From Camelus ferus (taxonomy: Eukaryota), in NCBI RefSeq assembly GCF_009834535.1, contig NC_045697.1:101310001-101374000 (forward strand): a DNA stretch of 64,000 nt, read 5' to 3'. Of the stretch, positions 10,672 through 23,343 are shown one piece after another. The notes beneath the pieces were generated by a model. It searched no databases. It was not told the origin of the DNA and saw only the letters and a program-made list of their open reading frames with translations. The translations under genes were made by a program, and so were the position numbers. Numbering within the stretch: position 1 is the first letter of the stretch; every line of letters begins with the position of its first letter.

Positions 10672-13578
10672 CCAATCCTTATGCAGAAGACACTAATGAT
10701 CACAATTATGGTACCAGTTGAACATTCTCCTTAAGTCAGACAAGTGGGACGTAAGAGCTGTGCATCCTTCAACAGTATCCTTTGTGTCAATACTTTTTTA
10801 AAAAATAGATACACTATGGTCTAATCTAGACATAGAGACCTGAACACCCGATCTTAGAAATGGACGGCAACTCTTAGAGAAGACATAGCTTCTCTTCTAA
10901 CTATTCCATTTTCTTTTCAGCAATGTACTGGCTGGCTTGTTTCAGCTAGTCTTACCCTTCATCCACTTTGAGTTTGGTTTGGAGCCATAAAATCACAATG
11001 CATAAAGCTAATTACAGATCTTAGTTGCTGAATTCAAACTAAGCTTGATTATTTTTAGACTAATTTTAAAATGGCATTTTAACATAAAATATTAAAACTT
11101 CACATATTCCTATTAATTTGATTTTCTCCCTTTGTGCCAGGAATCCCAGCCAAGAAGTCAACAGGAAAGCAAATCAAAATATTTCTTAGCTACACTGCAT
11201 TCCAAAATTGCCTACTTCATGCCAAATTCTATTGCCCATCCTTACCTATCACACCCCCTCAAGGGAAGCACTTCAACTAACATGATCATTTGTTTTAGGT
11301 TTGCTTCCAAATTAAAAAGGCATTTAGTTCCCCCTGTAAAGTAGCTATTGCCAAACAACCCGAATCTTTATTTATAGCTGGCTATTCATCTCTAAATAAT
11401 CATAAAACATAAAAAGATAGAAAATTGTAGAACCAAAGACTCTTGCTTGATATGAAATGGTTTCCTGTAAGTACATAATTTAAGCCTCTTTTTTTTTTTT
11501 TTTTTCACATCAAGTTACTTGCAAGCTATTTGGGAGTTGAAGTCAGTTGTAAAAAGCACTTTTTGTACTAAATATTTTTTACTAGTGATGTGCAGGTTCA
11601 CCAAACACAATCCTAGAACTGGGCTGCGAATCCTAGAAATGTCTTCTCCACCATCTTCCTACGTCCATTTCTCAGGCATCTCATTTGAGTTTTAGGCTTA
11701 AGACTTTGGAGAGGTTTCTGAAGTATCAGGGCAAGCTAGAGTGGACAGAAATGGCTCTCTTCCCTCATGATCTACTTCAGTCGCTGTCATACTGCAAGAT
11801 TCTGACACACACCCCCAACCCAAAGGTAACTCAGACCCTCTTCACAGCAATTCACAACAATCGGAAAATCCAATTACCCATATGACTAATCCTTAGTAAT
11901 TCTCTTGAGTATATTCCTTCTTAGGAGCCAAGGGGAATCATCCTGCCCATCCCCGAGGCTATACACATTTATATGGAAAGACTGCTGGGCTGACTGCATT
12001 TTCATTCAAATTTATATACAAAGTATGTTAATATATTGTTCTATCAGGTTGCATGCATAAAACTCCACTTCTCTGCAGTCTTATTCTGTATATACTCATA
12101 TAGACTGTAATTACACGGCTCTTTAAACAGTCTAAAACACACATTTATGCTAGCATCATTTTTTCTACTCTGTATGATCTTTTAATGAGCCATGGATCTG
12201 AAGTCAATATTCTTTCCTAGCACAGGCACTATACCCCTATTATCATGTAAAAAAGAGAAACATCCTGTTCGGAGCAACTGATTCCATTTAACCTGAGGGT
12301 GCCAGGACCTCCTGCTTTAACAAACATGGAAGAGCCCACTGAGCCAAACTAGACTTTATGAAATTCTAAGTGCAGTTCAGTAGTGATATAAAAGGCATTT
12401 CAAGCAAGTGCAATTTCTTTTTCCTCCTCTGCTGTGGATGCTAATTAATTAGCTGCCCTTGATTACTGGGTAAAGCTAAAGAAAAAAAAGAGAGAGAGAG
12501 ATTAAATGGGCAGGAAAGGTCAGGTGTCTAAAGCTTAAAATTATAAAGAGTAATTTTAAAGTGTCATTAATTTTGGCATTAAAGCAAATATCTGGATAAT
12601 AGACAGCAAAGAAAGAAAGAGAGAGAAGAAGAGAAAAAAATGAAAGGCTTTTCAAAGAGGTAGATGTCTGCAAATGTCAAAGAAAGGAAAGTTGTTAATG
12701 ATGAGAGAGGAAAAAAAAACAATTATGAGAAGATTTATAGCAGAAGGCAAAGACAGCCGATTTGTTCTAATGTCACTTTTTAATCTGCCTTGAAATTTCT
12801 TAAAATTCAACATAACAAATAATATTGTCTGGCATTTTAATTCTCCATGCGCATTCAATCTTAATAAATATGGCTGGCAGACATCGCTGTCTGTGCTTCA
12901 CGATATTTCATCACATATAATTATCCCACATCCAGGCAGAAACAACTCAAAAGTTCAGTCATAAAGAGTACCGTTCTTTCTGCTCAGTGAGCAGTTCTGT
13001 CTTTGGGAGCAGCTCTACACCTTTGGGAAGTTCAATATCCCTCACTGTTCTAGTGCTCGGTGAGTTTCAGCCTCATCCTTGAAGCAGTATCTGCAGCAAA
13101 ATTATCTCGTCTGCTTCTGACATTTGGAAACAAATATTCTAATGATGTGGAAAATGATTTTACAAGAAGTTAATTTATTCTATCAATTTCCATGACTTCT
13201 CGAGGCTTTTTTTGGACACTTTTTTCCCCCAGGGAGAATATTTAATGTAATTACTTGGCTAGAATCTGTCTCTCTCTTTCCCTCTCTTTCCCTTTCAGTT
13301 ATAAAACAATACCTACCCAATTTAACCTTGTACGGGAATTGTAAAACAAAAATTACATCTTAAAAAATCTGAAGTGTTATATTCTTTTTGAAGACTTTGT
13401 CATTAATGTCAATAAAAAATAAACACTGGAAAAGGAGTAATATTTCTACACTATGTAGCAAATGCAATAATGATCCTTTAAAGTCATTAAATTATGTCAG
13501 TGATAATATAATTACAGTACCCTATTTTTCATTAAAATAGCATCATTGATTTACCCATAATAATCTTTAACTAAAACA

Positions 13579-13620
13579 GACAGTGTCACTTTATTTTTTT
13601 TTTTTGACAGTGTCACTTTA
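13579..13620 (-). mobile_element. Poly(A)-only retroposition scar: T12 between 15-bp direct repeats
   Basis: gacagtgtcacttta (13579-13593), then T12 (13594-13605), then gacagtgtcacttta (13606-13620). Confidence 0.75.
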
Positions 13621-15212
13621 ATACAAACATATGACTGAGATGATCTACAGAGAAAGCCGCACAGGAAGCCCTTGGGCACCTGGATAACTGAATTATTGCC
13701 CTGATGCCTTCATGTACATCACTCTCAGAATGACTTCCTTATCTACCTGACCAGGATTCAGTGACAGATGAAAATCAAACTTAGTCATAATGTACAAGAC
13801 AAAATCAGCAACTTATTTTATTGAATAGGATAAAGTTATATTAACCGAGATAAATATTACAGTTTAATTATGGAAATGAACACTCATTTTATGTTATGCC
13901 AGGTCACATTAGTAAGACAGATTCTGGATTTTTAATCATCCTAAGGATTTAAATGTGGAAATATCATTTTCATTTACTCTGTCACAACCTTATTCAGACA
14001 ATCATCTATTCTTATCATGGAGTAACTATGTTGATCATGTAGACCGAAAACAAGATTTGGGAGATGAAATAAACCCTTAACGTATAGAAGTATGATACCA
14101 GTGCATACTAAAATACTGTCTTCATGCAATGCATGAAATATGAGGAGGTACAAGTTGATGATAATTTTATATTTTTAATTGGAGAGGAAATAATTAGATT
14201 TATGACCTAAAAGATAGCCCCATAACTTTGTGTACATTTTAAATATGTACTATTCATTTGGGAACAAAATGCACTGTCTTGCTTCTATATGAAGCCGGAC
14301 ATCTTTAGACTCTGCCTTCACAAACACCCATCTTTTGCATATATTTATCCAACACAGTATTGACCTTTCCTCCCACCAGCACCTATTATTTGCCATGCAA
14401 AGAAGTGGCAATAAAGAGTTGGATTAAGTTGTATGCAGAGACATCTTTGCTAGGAAAATGTCAACAACCTGCATTTCCTATGGCCACTCCCATCTCATGG
14501 AGGTTCATAATGAGTAAAGAGAGGTTAAACTCTAGCTATGCCCCAATCCAAGGAGGAGGTTTCAAGATAAACTCAGGTTCACTCACACTGAATCAATAAT
14601 TCATTACTCAATACGCCTACCCTTCTCAGGGATAAAAAGTAGTGTGACTATCAATATTTTTTCCTGCTAGTGCTCGCATTTTTCTTAAAAATGTTGAAGC
14701 TGATTTAAGATTTAAAATGTTAACTTTGTATGTTTCCCATTATAATTAAAGATATTTGCAAAGGTTCCTAATGAAAATTTCAAAAAATTAACAACGAATT
14801 TGTGAACCATGCATAAGAATAACTTTTCTAGAAGATTAAATCCCATGTATTTGGATCTTAAAGTTTAGCACAGCACAATCCAAATGAATAACTTCTTACT
14901 AATTTATCAGTACTGCTCCACATCTGATTTAATACAACATAGCTGACGTCTATAAAAATAGTGATGGCTCACTCACTGACAACCTTTGGCTTCCATGTCA
15001 GGGCACTGGCCCAAGCCCCATGTGAAGCCGCTACTGCAGTTCTGACAGATACTGCACAGGTGAACATCTTTACAGCAGCCATGCTAAGGCTGCCTCTCAT
15101 TTTAAGAAATCTGGCAATGTCCCTCCCTATGTGCAGAAGAGATTCATTAAGAGTGAAGGTACATGCTGCTGTGTACAACAAACGTGTGCATCAATCAATG
15201 AGAACACCTTAC

Positions 15213-15411
15213 CCTGTTGACTTCCTGTATGCAACCAAATCCTCCCAGGATGGGGGACGGTGGGGGTGGGGGGAGCAGGTCAGTTTCACTGCAGCATGCT
15301 CTGGAGCACAAGGACAAAATGAGGACTCTCCACATTCCTACTTGAAAACACTGTTTCTTCCCTTATGTATCATTTCCTTTGGTATCTTTTGTTTGGTAGT
15401 GAAACCTGGAG
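15213..15411 (-). other. Candidate non-coding exon
   Basis: Donor AGG|GTAAGG at 15212-15207. Acceptor gtgctcctttag, with an alternative CAG 6 nt downstream. Stops occur in all frames. Confidence 0.2.
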
Positions 15412-15861
15412 CTAAAGGAGCACCAAGCACTGAGATGTATTTAAATAGACTGCATGATGGTGATTTTTGCAGTGTTTCTATTTGTGACTACTGAGAATAA
15501 CTTAGTTGCTTCATTTTTTTTTTTAAATCTTCACTTCATCCTTATATTATGAGCCATTTCATGGATAAAAGAAATTTAAGATCATTTTAAGCTCATTAGA
15601 AGCGGTTTGAGCAAATGAAATTGGGACAAGTAGTTAGGAAATTTAAAAGCCAATATAAGGGAGGAATCCAAAAAAATGGTATTTGCTGCTTTAAACATTT
15701 TATTTTAACTGAAAATATAAACATATGCATGTATTTGCCAATCTTCTGAGGTTGAAATAAGACCTCTTCTTTGAGTACACTTACTCTGATTGGTGGACCA
15801 TGACTCTTAAATAAAATGCAACCATATGCATCATTTCAACTTAGGTGTCTCCAAAGAGAAG

Positions 15862-16411
15862 GCTAAAAATAAAGGGTTGACTTAGCAGGCTTGGGTGTGG
15901 ATAATCGCTAAGCCCTTAGAATACCCTGCCTGACAAGACTGTCTTTGTATACCTGATGCCTTGGGCAAATAGTTTACGCTAATTGTGCGATATGATGAAT
16001 GCCTGTGTGTTTTACTCACCCAGGGTCTGGACCACAGTCCGTCTGACATCTGGGAGAGCTGCAGACTGAGTAGGTCAGGCATATGGTCCTCCATGCCTAT
16101 GTGACTGGCCCCAAAAACAACCTGCACTTGGGGTCCAGTGAGCTTCCCTGGCTGCCAATACTTTCTGCATGTCACACATCGTTGCAGGGAGAATTAACTG
16201 TTGTCCACACATCTCCACTGTGAGAAGAAACCTGAACCTCTTGGCTAGTCTCTCCCAGATGCTATCTTATGCACCTTTCACCTTTACTGGTTTTAATCTG
16301 TATCCTTTCACTGTAATAAACTGTAACCATGAGCTCAACAGTTTTTCTGAGTTCTGTGAGTCCATGGAGTGGATCATCAAACCTGAGGGTGGTCTTAGGG
16401 ATCCCAATACA
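15862..16411 (+). mobile_element. MER77/MER21-group ERVL solo LTR
   Basis: aagggttgacttagcaggc...taagcccttagaataccctgcctgacaag...tgagcttccctgg...tcacacatcgttgc...ttttaatctgtatcctttcactgtaataaac...acctgagggtggtcttagggatcccaataca. Confidence 0.85.
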
Positions 16412-17859
16412 AAAGTGAGAATTTAACAATACTTAACAATGCAACCGATATAAAATAAATATGGATTTTAAAGCTCTCCCTTTTATCTAGTAAAGCTGTC
16501 TTCCCACAGCAATTTTGGCAGCTTTTGTGGACTCCTTCCAAAGATTAAAATGAATTTAAAATAATTTGATTAATTCATAAAAAGACTAAGTCTCTTTCCA
16601 TTTGCATCTATATTTTACCAAGTTTTAAAAGTCTTAATTTGATTATTTAATGATTATAACAACCAATTTCTGAACAAAGAATATAATTCTTTGAAAAATT
16701 AAAACAAACTGCTTTCCCTATTTTAAGGAAGTAGAAAATATTCCCACAGAGTATTGGTGTGTGAAATTAAAAATATCCTCCCCCCATGAACACTGACCAT
16801 GGGATTGTGCAAGACAGACAAGGAATTGATATCTGATATTTCATCACCAAAAGGAACAGTGTTCTATTCAGGGAGTTTGATGTTATAAAAATACTTAATA
16901 GAAAATATCTTTGATACCTATAAGATATCAGTAGAGTTGGAAAGAAGCCAAAAAACAAGAGTATTTTAGCAGTTTGGGGTGGCAAGGAAGAACGTATCAT
17001 ATAATAAAACCATTACAATGATTATGTATTATATACATATACACATATATATATTTATTTACACACTATATACATGATATGTGTATGTACATGAAAAATG
17101 GAAAGCCTCTCAGAAGAATTTAATTCTTAGGTTTTGCGATAGATGACTATTGTAAATCAGTGAAGGCTAGTTCAGCCAAAACTCCTCTTACCTATTTTTC
17201 GGTTCCCTACCAATATGGCCCTTGAACTTCTGAGTTATTTTAATAGACTCCATGTATATTACATATGCAAACAGCCTCCTACACTTAAATGTGTCGCCCT
17301 GGAAGAAAAGGACATATTTTCTCAGTGTGTTTTGTTTGTGTGTCTGTGGAAGAGGAGGGGCACTCAAAGAGTTATTTTACAAAAACTTCTGCAAGGAACT
17401 GACAGCACAAAACAGGACTCTTGGTGACAGTGGGACAGACCACAGGACCAGAGGGAAGGAAAGGACATTCCCCATCAGGGAGGCTTTTGGAGGACACTGG
17501 TACACAGGATACGCATGTGATAAACAGACACCAGACCAGCCTCCATGTGGAAGAGAAAAGATAAAGCAAAGGGTATTGGGCTCTGGTGGCTTCCAAGGGG
17601 TATCATGGAACACGCTATGGAAGATTAAAATGCTATCTACCACTTGGAAGCTAAAAAGACAACTTAACAGGTTCATATGAGACAACTCCACTGACTACCA
17701 ACTTTTGGGAAAGACACCAGACAAATGTCTTTTTTGTCAAATTACTGTGACCCTGTGTTTTACTTTCCGGGCTGGAAGACCTGGGGATGTATGAATCACA
17801 TATGTTAATGAATCAGCAGATGTGAATACAGTCTATTAAGTCTGATAACAGATACGAGT

Positions 17860-18060
17860 ACAGAGTGATCTAAAACAGGGAGCACCAGAGCCAGTGTGTG
17901 TTGGGGAAAAGGAGGGAAATTTCAGAAAACTTCACAGAGGAATTGGTGTTTTAAATGAGTCAGGAAAAGTGAGTAAACATTTACCAGGCAGCTACAGACT
18001 TGACGGGCATACCAGGTAAACATACAGAGGCAGGAGAGAGCACGGTGTGCTCCAGGACTA
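17860..18060 (-). mobile_element. L2 fragment
   Basis: agaaaacttcacagaggaattggtgttttaaatgagtcaggaaaagtgagta...gggcataccagg...cagaggcaggagagagcacggtgtg resembles antisense L2 3' sequence. Confidence 0.55.
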
Positions 18061-19338
18061 GCTGTTACTGGAGTAGGCTAACACATAGGGTATATATGTA
18101 GATGGAGTGACAATAAATAAAACTGGAAACGTATAACTCAGATTTGTCCACCACAAAACTCCTTCAATGTGTATGCATAATAAAACTTTCTTTGGGATCT
18201 TTGTGGTTAGCATGCTTGCAAATGGGGAAGTTGCTGGCAGCCAACAAGGCTGCTCAGGGGATAGATATGTTTGCCAAGATCTCAGGTACATTTTATGAAA
18301 CAATACAAAATGGGACGTTCTTAGAAGGCAATCCAGACCTTAACAAATGGCTCTGCCAAAAAGGATTGCACATGTATGATTCCTTCATGGAGACTCAAGC
18401 TATTACCACCAAAAAGTTTCCATAAAAATTGTCCAAGAGTATTTGGCTGTATGACGGAGCTACACGTACGACGATACCCTCAGACTGGAGATGAGTCTAG
18501 GTGAACGACTGAAGTCCACTGTAAAAATTCCTCCCCCTCCTCTCCCACTCCTCTTTAGGCAAAAGAGCTGCACTGCCAGCAATTCCCAAGTAAGCCCAAC
18601 AATCACAAAACTTAGAGAGGCCTGAGAATTTACAGGAGTGGTAGAAAGGCAGTCTCGTAATTTAAAAATTTAAAAAGTTGATCATTTTAAATTATGATTT
18701 TGTATATACCATCAATGTTTCATTGCCTTTCCCCAAGTCTTCAGAGACATTGTTTTTGAAAAGGCATCCTTGATATTTAGCCACAGCCATTTCAGCTTGA
18801 AATGAAGAGCCAAAATGTATTTAATTAAATATACCCTGGTCGCATGATTCCTACAAAAGAAAAAAGACACGTCCTTATTACTAATTATTGGGCAAAATTA
18901 TAATTGGACTAAATTGGCATTAGACTAGAAAAGAAAGCAGTAGCCAGAGTGATAATCCAGACCTCAAAGGGTCAGTTTGAACACTGCATGCTGGTTATAT
19001 ATTAATAAAAGGGGATAAATCAAAGAACATATGTGTGACTTTGAACATTTCTAAAATTTAATACATTTTAAACTGCTGCCAAAAGAAGGGGGATATTTAT
19101 TTTCTCTGACATTACTCCCTGATTCAGACTTAAGTATGTCTTCCATAATTCTGAAAGGCATAGCAGTGAGTGATATATCAAAGGAATGCTGTGGCTTCAG
19201 GTACTGCTGCCTCCCAATTTGACAAGCCACGGCAGTATTACTTAATAAGCAGAAGCTGACTTCTGCCAACACAGTCCTCTACTTGCCTGAGACAAGGAAA
19301 TATATGGTACTTTACAAGAAGAACATTTGAATATTTAC

Positions 19339-19359
19339 CATTTTATAGATCCTCCCTGA
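19339..19359 (-). other. Candidate 21-nt microexon
   Basis: ctttttttctcttctctgcag|TCAGGGAGGATCTATAAAATG|gtaaat: strong acceptor, moderate donor, frame-preserving length. Confidence 0.2.
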
Positions 19360-21540
19360 CTGCAGAGAAGAGAAAAAAAGCCAATTGCCCTTTAGAACAA
19401 TCTTTCATTGGGGAGACATTTTTAGTGAGTAATATTTCAAAGACTGTTCAAGGGTGAAAATAATGTTTTATAAACAGTAAATATTTTAGTGACTCCATGG
19501 TGAAAATTTCATAGTATGGGTTTTTTATATGGTATATTTCCTTTCACCGAAATTTCACTGTCTTTCATCATTTCTAAAAATACAAATGGGTCAAGAGTTT
19601 CCCTACTAAGCTAAAGTCGTCTTTAAATTTTCACACCAATTATACTTTCCCTAGAATCAAATAGGTCTACATGCAAATGTATCCATAGCATTTAAAAAAA
19701 TACTTGTCAAGACAATGGACTTACAGTAAGTCAACAAAAATTACCTACTGTCATATAATAGCAAGAGATTAATTGCATAGAATATATGACTTATAAATAG
19801 ATATTAACTTAAAACCTAGATTACTGAAGTTAGCAAAACAAAAACTACAAGGCACAGGTTTACAAATCCCAGGCTTACTTTCAACATTGGTTGCAACTGA
19901 ACCCCTAAGCTGTTGATCCAGTTCTACAAACTCTAGAATCAGGTTGGAAGTGAGACCAGAAATACTTCCAAGACAGTGAGACTGTGGTTTCTACTCCCTG
20001 GATAGCCCAAAAGGACTTATTAAGTTATCTAGAATGCTGCAGTTTAAATGCTTACATGCTATAAACTAACATTCCAGTTCTCAATTAATGGAAAGTGAAA
20101 GTTAAGGCAAGTTTAGGGAGAAAATGGCAAAATCACCAACTGTAGGTTAAGAACTCTGAGTAGGGGAAATGCTGACTCTGATAACCTTGGCTGCCAGTTT
20201 AATAAGCAATATTTAGTCATATCTTGGGTAAAAGCCAAGAAATGAAGTTCAAGTTGAGAACCAGACCAAGAGTTCAGCTGGTCCTCAATGGGAGTTGCCC
20301 TAACACTCACTGGTCAGGACTCAAAATGAGGGCGGGAGTACAGATGAGGTCAAGGAGTAATAAAACACAGGGCAACACCATTCTCATGCACAGGAAAGAT
20401 CAGTGATCCTCAAAATATTGTTCATCTTTGACAATTCTTATCAGTCATTCAAAACTTGACTATAGTATAAAATGTGTTTCAAATATTGTATAATGTGTCC
20501 CCAAAACAACTTCAGCTATAAATAATAATCTTCATTTATTCCTCGGTTCCATGTGCAATTTAAAATTTGGAAAAATAAACCTTTATTAGGAGAAAATAAC
20601 TCCAACAGAGAGAATATTATGTGTCTACCTCCACTCGCCAGAATTAAAAGTAGGCCATCCAACTCAAGAAAAATTGAAAAGCAGAAAATATTCATTTTGT
20701 AGGAGATATGGGATGATGACTAAGACTTGTTGTTAAGAATAAAGTAGATTTGGAGAAGAAAATCTGCTGTATGGCAAGGTTTTATTTTCTGATCACTGGA
20801 AACAGTGATGATTTCAGGAGAAAAAAAAATCTCAGGATTCTTGAGAAAACTGGGAAGAAATAAAGAGTTTTGATACTAGTAAGACTGGAATTTTTTTTTA
20901 ATTGAAACTTGTGATGCTAAGAGTTCCTAAGAAAGAATATCAGATAGAAGAAGATGTGAAACTGATCATTGACCAAGAACATGTTCCAGGGCAGACAGAG
21001 ACTGAGAGGATTATACCAAAGGACCTATGAAGTTAGAAAGAGGACTTGATTACTCTTATCTATTAATTTTCAATTCATTTCAAAAGGCTTCAAAGGACCT
21101 TCTAAAATACCAAAGCAAAGCTACAATACCAAAGCAAAGAATTAATCAATTAAAAAAAAAAAAACTTGAGAAAGAGAGAAAATAACCATTGAAAATTCAA
21201 TAAAGCTCTGATTGGGGTTTGTATACAGAAATGCAGAAGATAAGGTCTTCTAGAGTTGCTTGAGCTGCAAACCAAATTCACCTTTAATTTGTCCAGGATT
21301 CAGGGCAAAAATGGACATGGGGATAGTGAAGTTGCTAATTCTTTCTCTTAGCAGATCGTCCTTCCTCAGCAAAACCCTTGAAGGAAAAACAAAAGCCTAG
21401 GTCTAGTCCAGGTACACACATGTTCTGAGGGTCCTGCAGGGCAAAGCCAGGCAGGGAGATGACAACCAGAAATAGCAAGAAAGTGGGAGCATGGAGAATA
21501 CCAGGGCCAGTTGGTTGCCACATTTAAATTGCTAGGAGTA

Positions 21541-21638
21541 AGGAAGAGGGTATAGTTCACCAGTAGGGTGTGTGCTTAGCATGCACAAGGTCCTGGGTTC
21601 AATTCCCAGTACCTCCATTAAAAAAAAAAAATAGTAAA
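21541..21638 (+). mobile_element. tRNA-Ala-derived camelid SINE (vic-1-like), short form
   Basis: gagggtatagttcaccagtagggtgtgtgcttagcatgcacaaggtcctgggttcaattcccagtacctcca plus an A-tail. TSD taaattgctaggagta/taaattgctaggaata at 21525-21540 and 21639-21654. Confidence 0.92.
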
Positions 21639-21849
21639 TAAATTGCTAGGAATAGAAGACACCATCCTGGTGAGCAGGAATGAAATGGATGATATTCACT
21701 GAGACATTCCAAACAGTGTGGGACGTTGCGGGACCCTCAGTCTCCATAATTGTACTCCAGGTCGCATACTTCTTATCCCTGTCAGGTCCACCTCCCCTAC
21801 CAGGATAACTTTGTGCCTGTCCCTATACCATTCTCTACCTTGGCCCCCC

Positions 21850-22640
21850 ATTCTTTGATTCCCTCTCCATCCAGTCTGTTCTACCTTGTCCTATGGAATC
21901 CCTGTCCCACCGTGACAGACTTGACCAAACTTCACTCTGTGCCTCTTTACCTCAAAGAAACACAACTCTTGCCTGACAGCACAATCCATCCTGTTCATCC
22001 TCTCATGACCCGTGGTCCATGGACCGGCGCCAAAGCTTCACTTAGCCTTCTCCAACAGACCCCCTGTCCCTTCCAGAGTATCGTTTCTTCTTATCTTACA
22101 GTATTACACGCTAGAAAATTTGGTCTTCAAAACATTTTCCTAATTCATTTTCTCACCAGAATGAGCTGTGTAATCAGTACTAAGTCATCCTCCTCAGCAG
22201 CGAGCTGAAGGCCGTTTCCTTGTCAAGTATCTCACACCTGCGGCTAGCAATGTAATTTGTTTTCTTTATGAATACTGAAATGAAAGCAAGAGTCAAACAG
22301 GAAACACTGTAGGACTGCGTTCACTTCCCTAAGTACACGATGATATTTCTTGCCTCCGTGACTCTGCATGATTTTCTTTTTTTCTGGAATGTTTTCCCAT
22401 AACATTTTTATCTGGCAAATATTATTCCTCCAAGAATTCCCTCTTTTCTGGTACACGTCCTGAGCCATCTCAGGAAGCCAATGGTCCTCCTTTGTGTCAC
22501 TGCTGTACCTTGTATATACACTAAAAAAAACTCACAGCAATTAATTTACATGTTTATTTGGTATCAACTACTTAGAAGAAGGACTAGTACCTCGTGAAGT
22601 TCCCAGCACACTGGCAGACAATAAATACTTGTGAAATTTT
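21850..22640 (+). mobile_element. Decayed L2 fragments
   Basis: C/T-rich L2-like text ending ...cccagcacactggcagacaataaatacttgtgaa, which resembles an L2 3' terminus. Confidence 0.45.
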
Positions 22641-22766
22641 CTCAAGTTGCAACCTCTTACTCAAAAAAATGTTAAAAGTGTTTTCAATAGGCTGTGTCAA
22701 GCTACCTACAGTAATCTAGCCAGTCAGTTTTAAATCAATAAATTATAATTCCCTCAACAGACTTAC

Positions 22767-22936
22767 CCAGACTCTGTTTCGGGGCCATTTTAGAACAAAA
22801 AAAGTCCACAGAATATTTGAAGGGCTAGTGATATTTCTCTATTCAAGTAGCATCAAGTCTTAAGATCTGCGTTACTAAACTTCTTAAAGACGTAGCCCTA
22901 GCTGATGGTATAGAATGGGCCACAATTCAGTTCACA
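22767..22936 (-). other. Candidate 170-nt exon, mostly non-coding
   Basis: Donor TGG|GTAAGT at 22766-22761 and acceptor gactttttaatgatttag. Stops occur in all frames, with a late ATG (MAPKQSL) just before the donor. Confidence 0.2.
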
Positions 22937-23164
22937 CTAAATCATTAAAAAGTCTCACAGTTGTCAGAGGTAAACATTTGAGAGTAAACAAAGTCTGCTT
23001 CACATAAATGCCTGTTCATATACAGCTGAGTAATTCTTTAGAAAATAATATGTAACTGACTCTTTTCCTGTAGAACTATGTTTACAAGTAACTACTAAAT
23101 TCTGGTTTCATGCAATTTTAAAAGGCACACAAACTTTCCTTATCTTGCACAACAGGTAGATAGC

Positions 23165-23343
23165 TAAAAAGACAAAGAAGGAAAGAAAGAAGGAAAGAGA
23201 AAAAAGGAAAGAAAGAAGGAAAGAAGGAAAGAAAAAGAAAGAAAGAAAGAAAAAAGAAAGGAAGGAAGGAAAGAAGGAAAGGAAAGAGAAAGAGAGAAAC
23301 AAAGAAAAAGAGAAAAGAGCGAAGGAGGAAGGAAGAAAAAAAG
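23165..23343 (+). repeat. Polypurine (GAAA/GGAA)n low-complexity tract
   Basis: About 180 bp of almost pure A/G. Confidence 0.95.

Noticed and set aside
17215..17691. Cluster of overlapping ORFs up to 142 aa
   Set aside because: No recognisable domain, no flanking splice signals, and open frames on both strands, consistent with chance in locally GC-richer DNA.
18144..18425. 93-aa ORF with fairly protein-like composition
   Set aside because: Non-ATG start, no recognised homology, and no convincing acceptor/donor pair.
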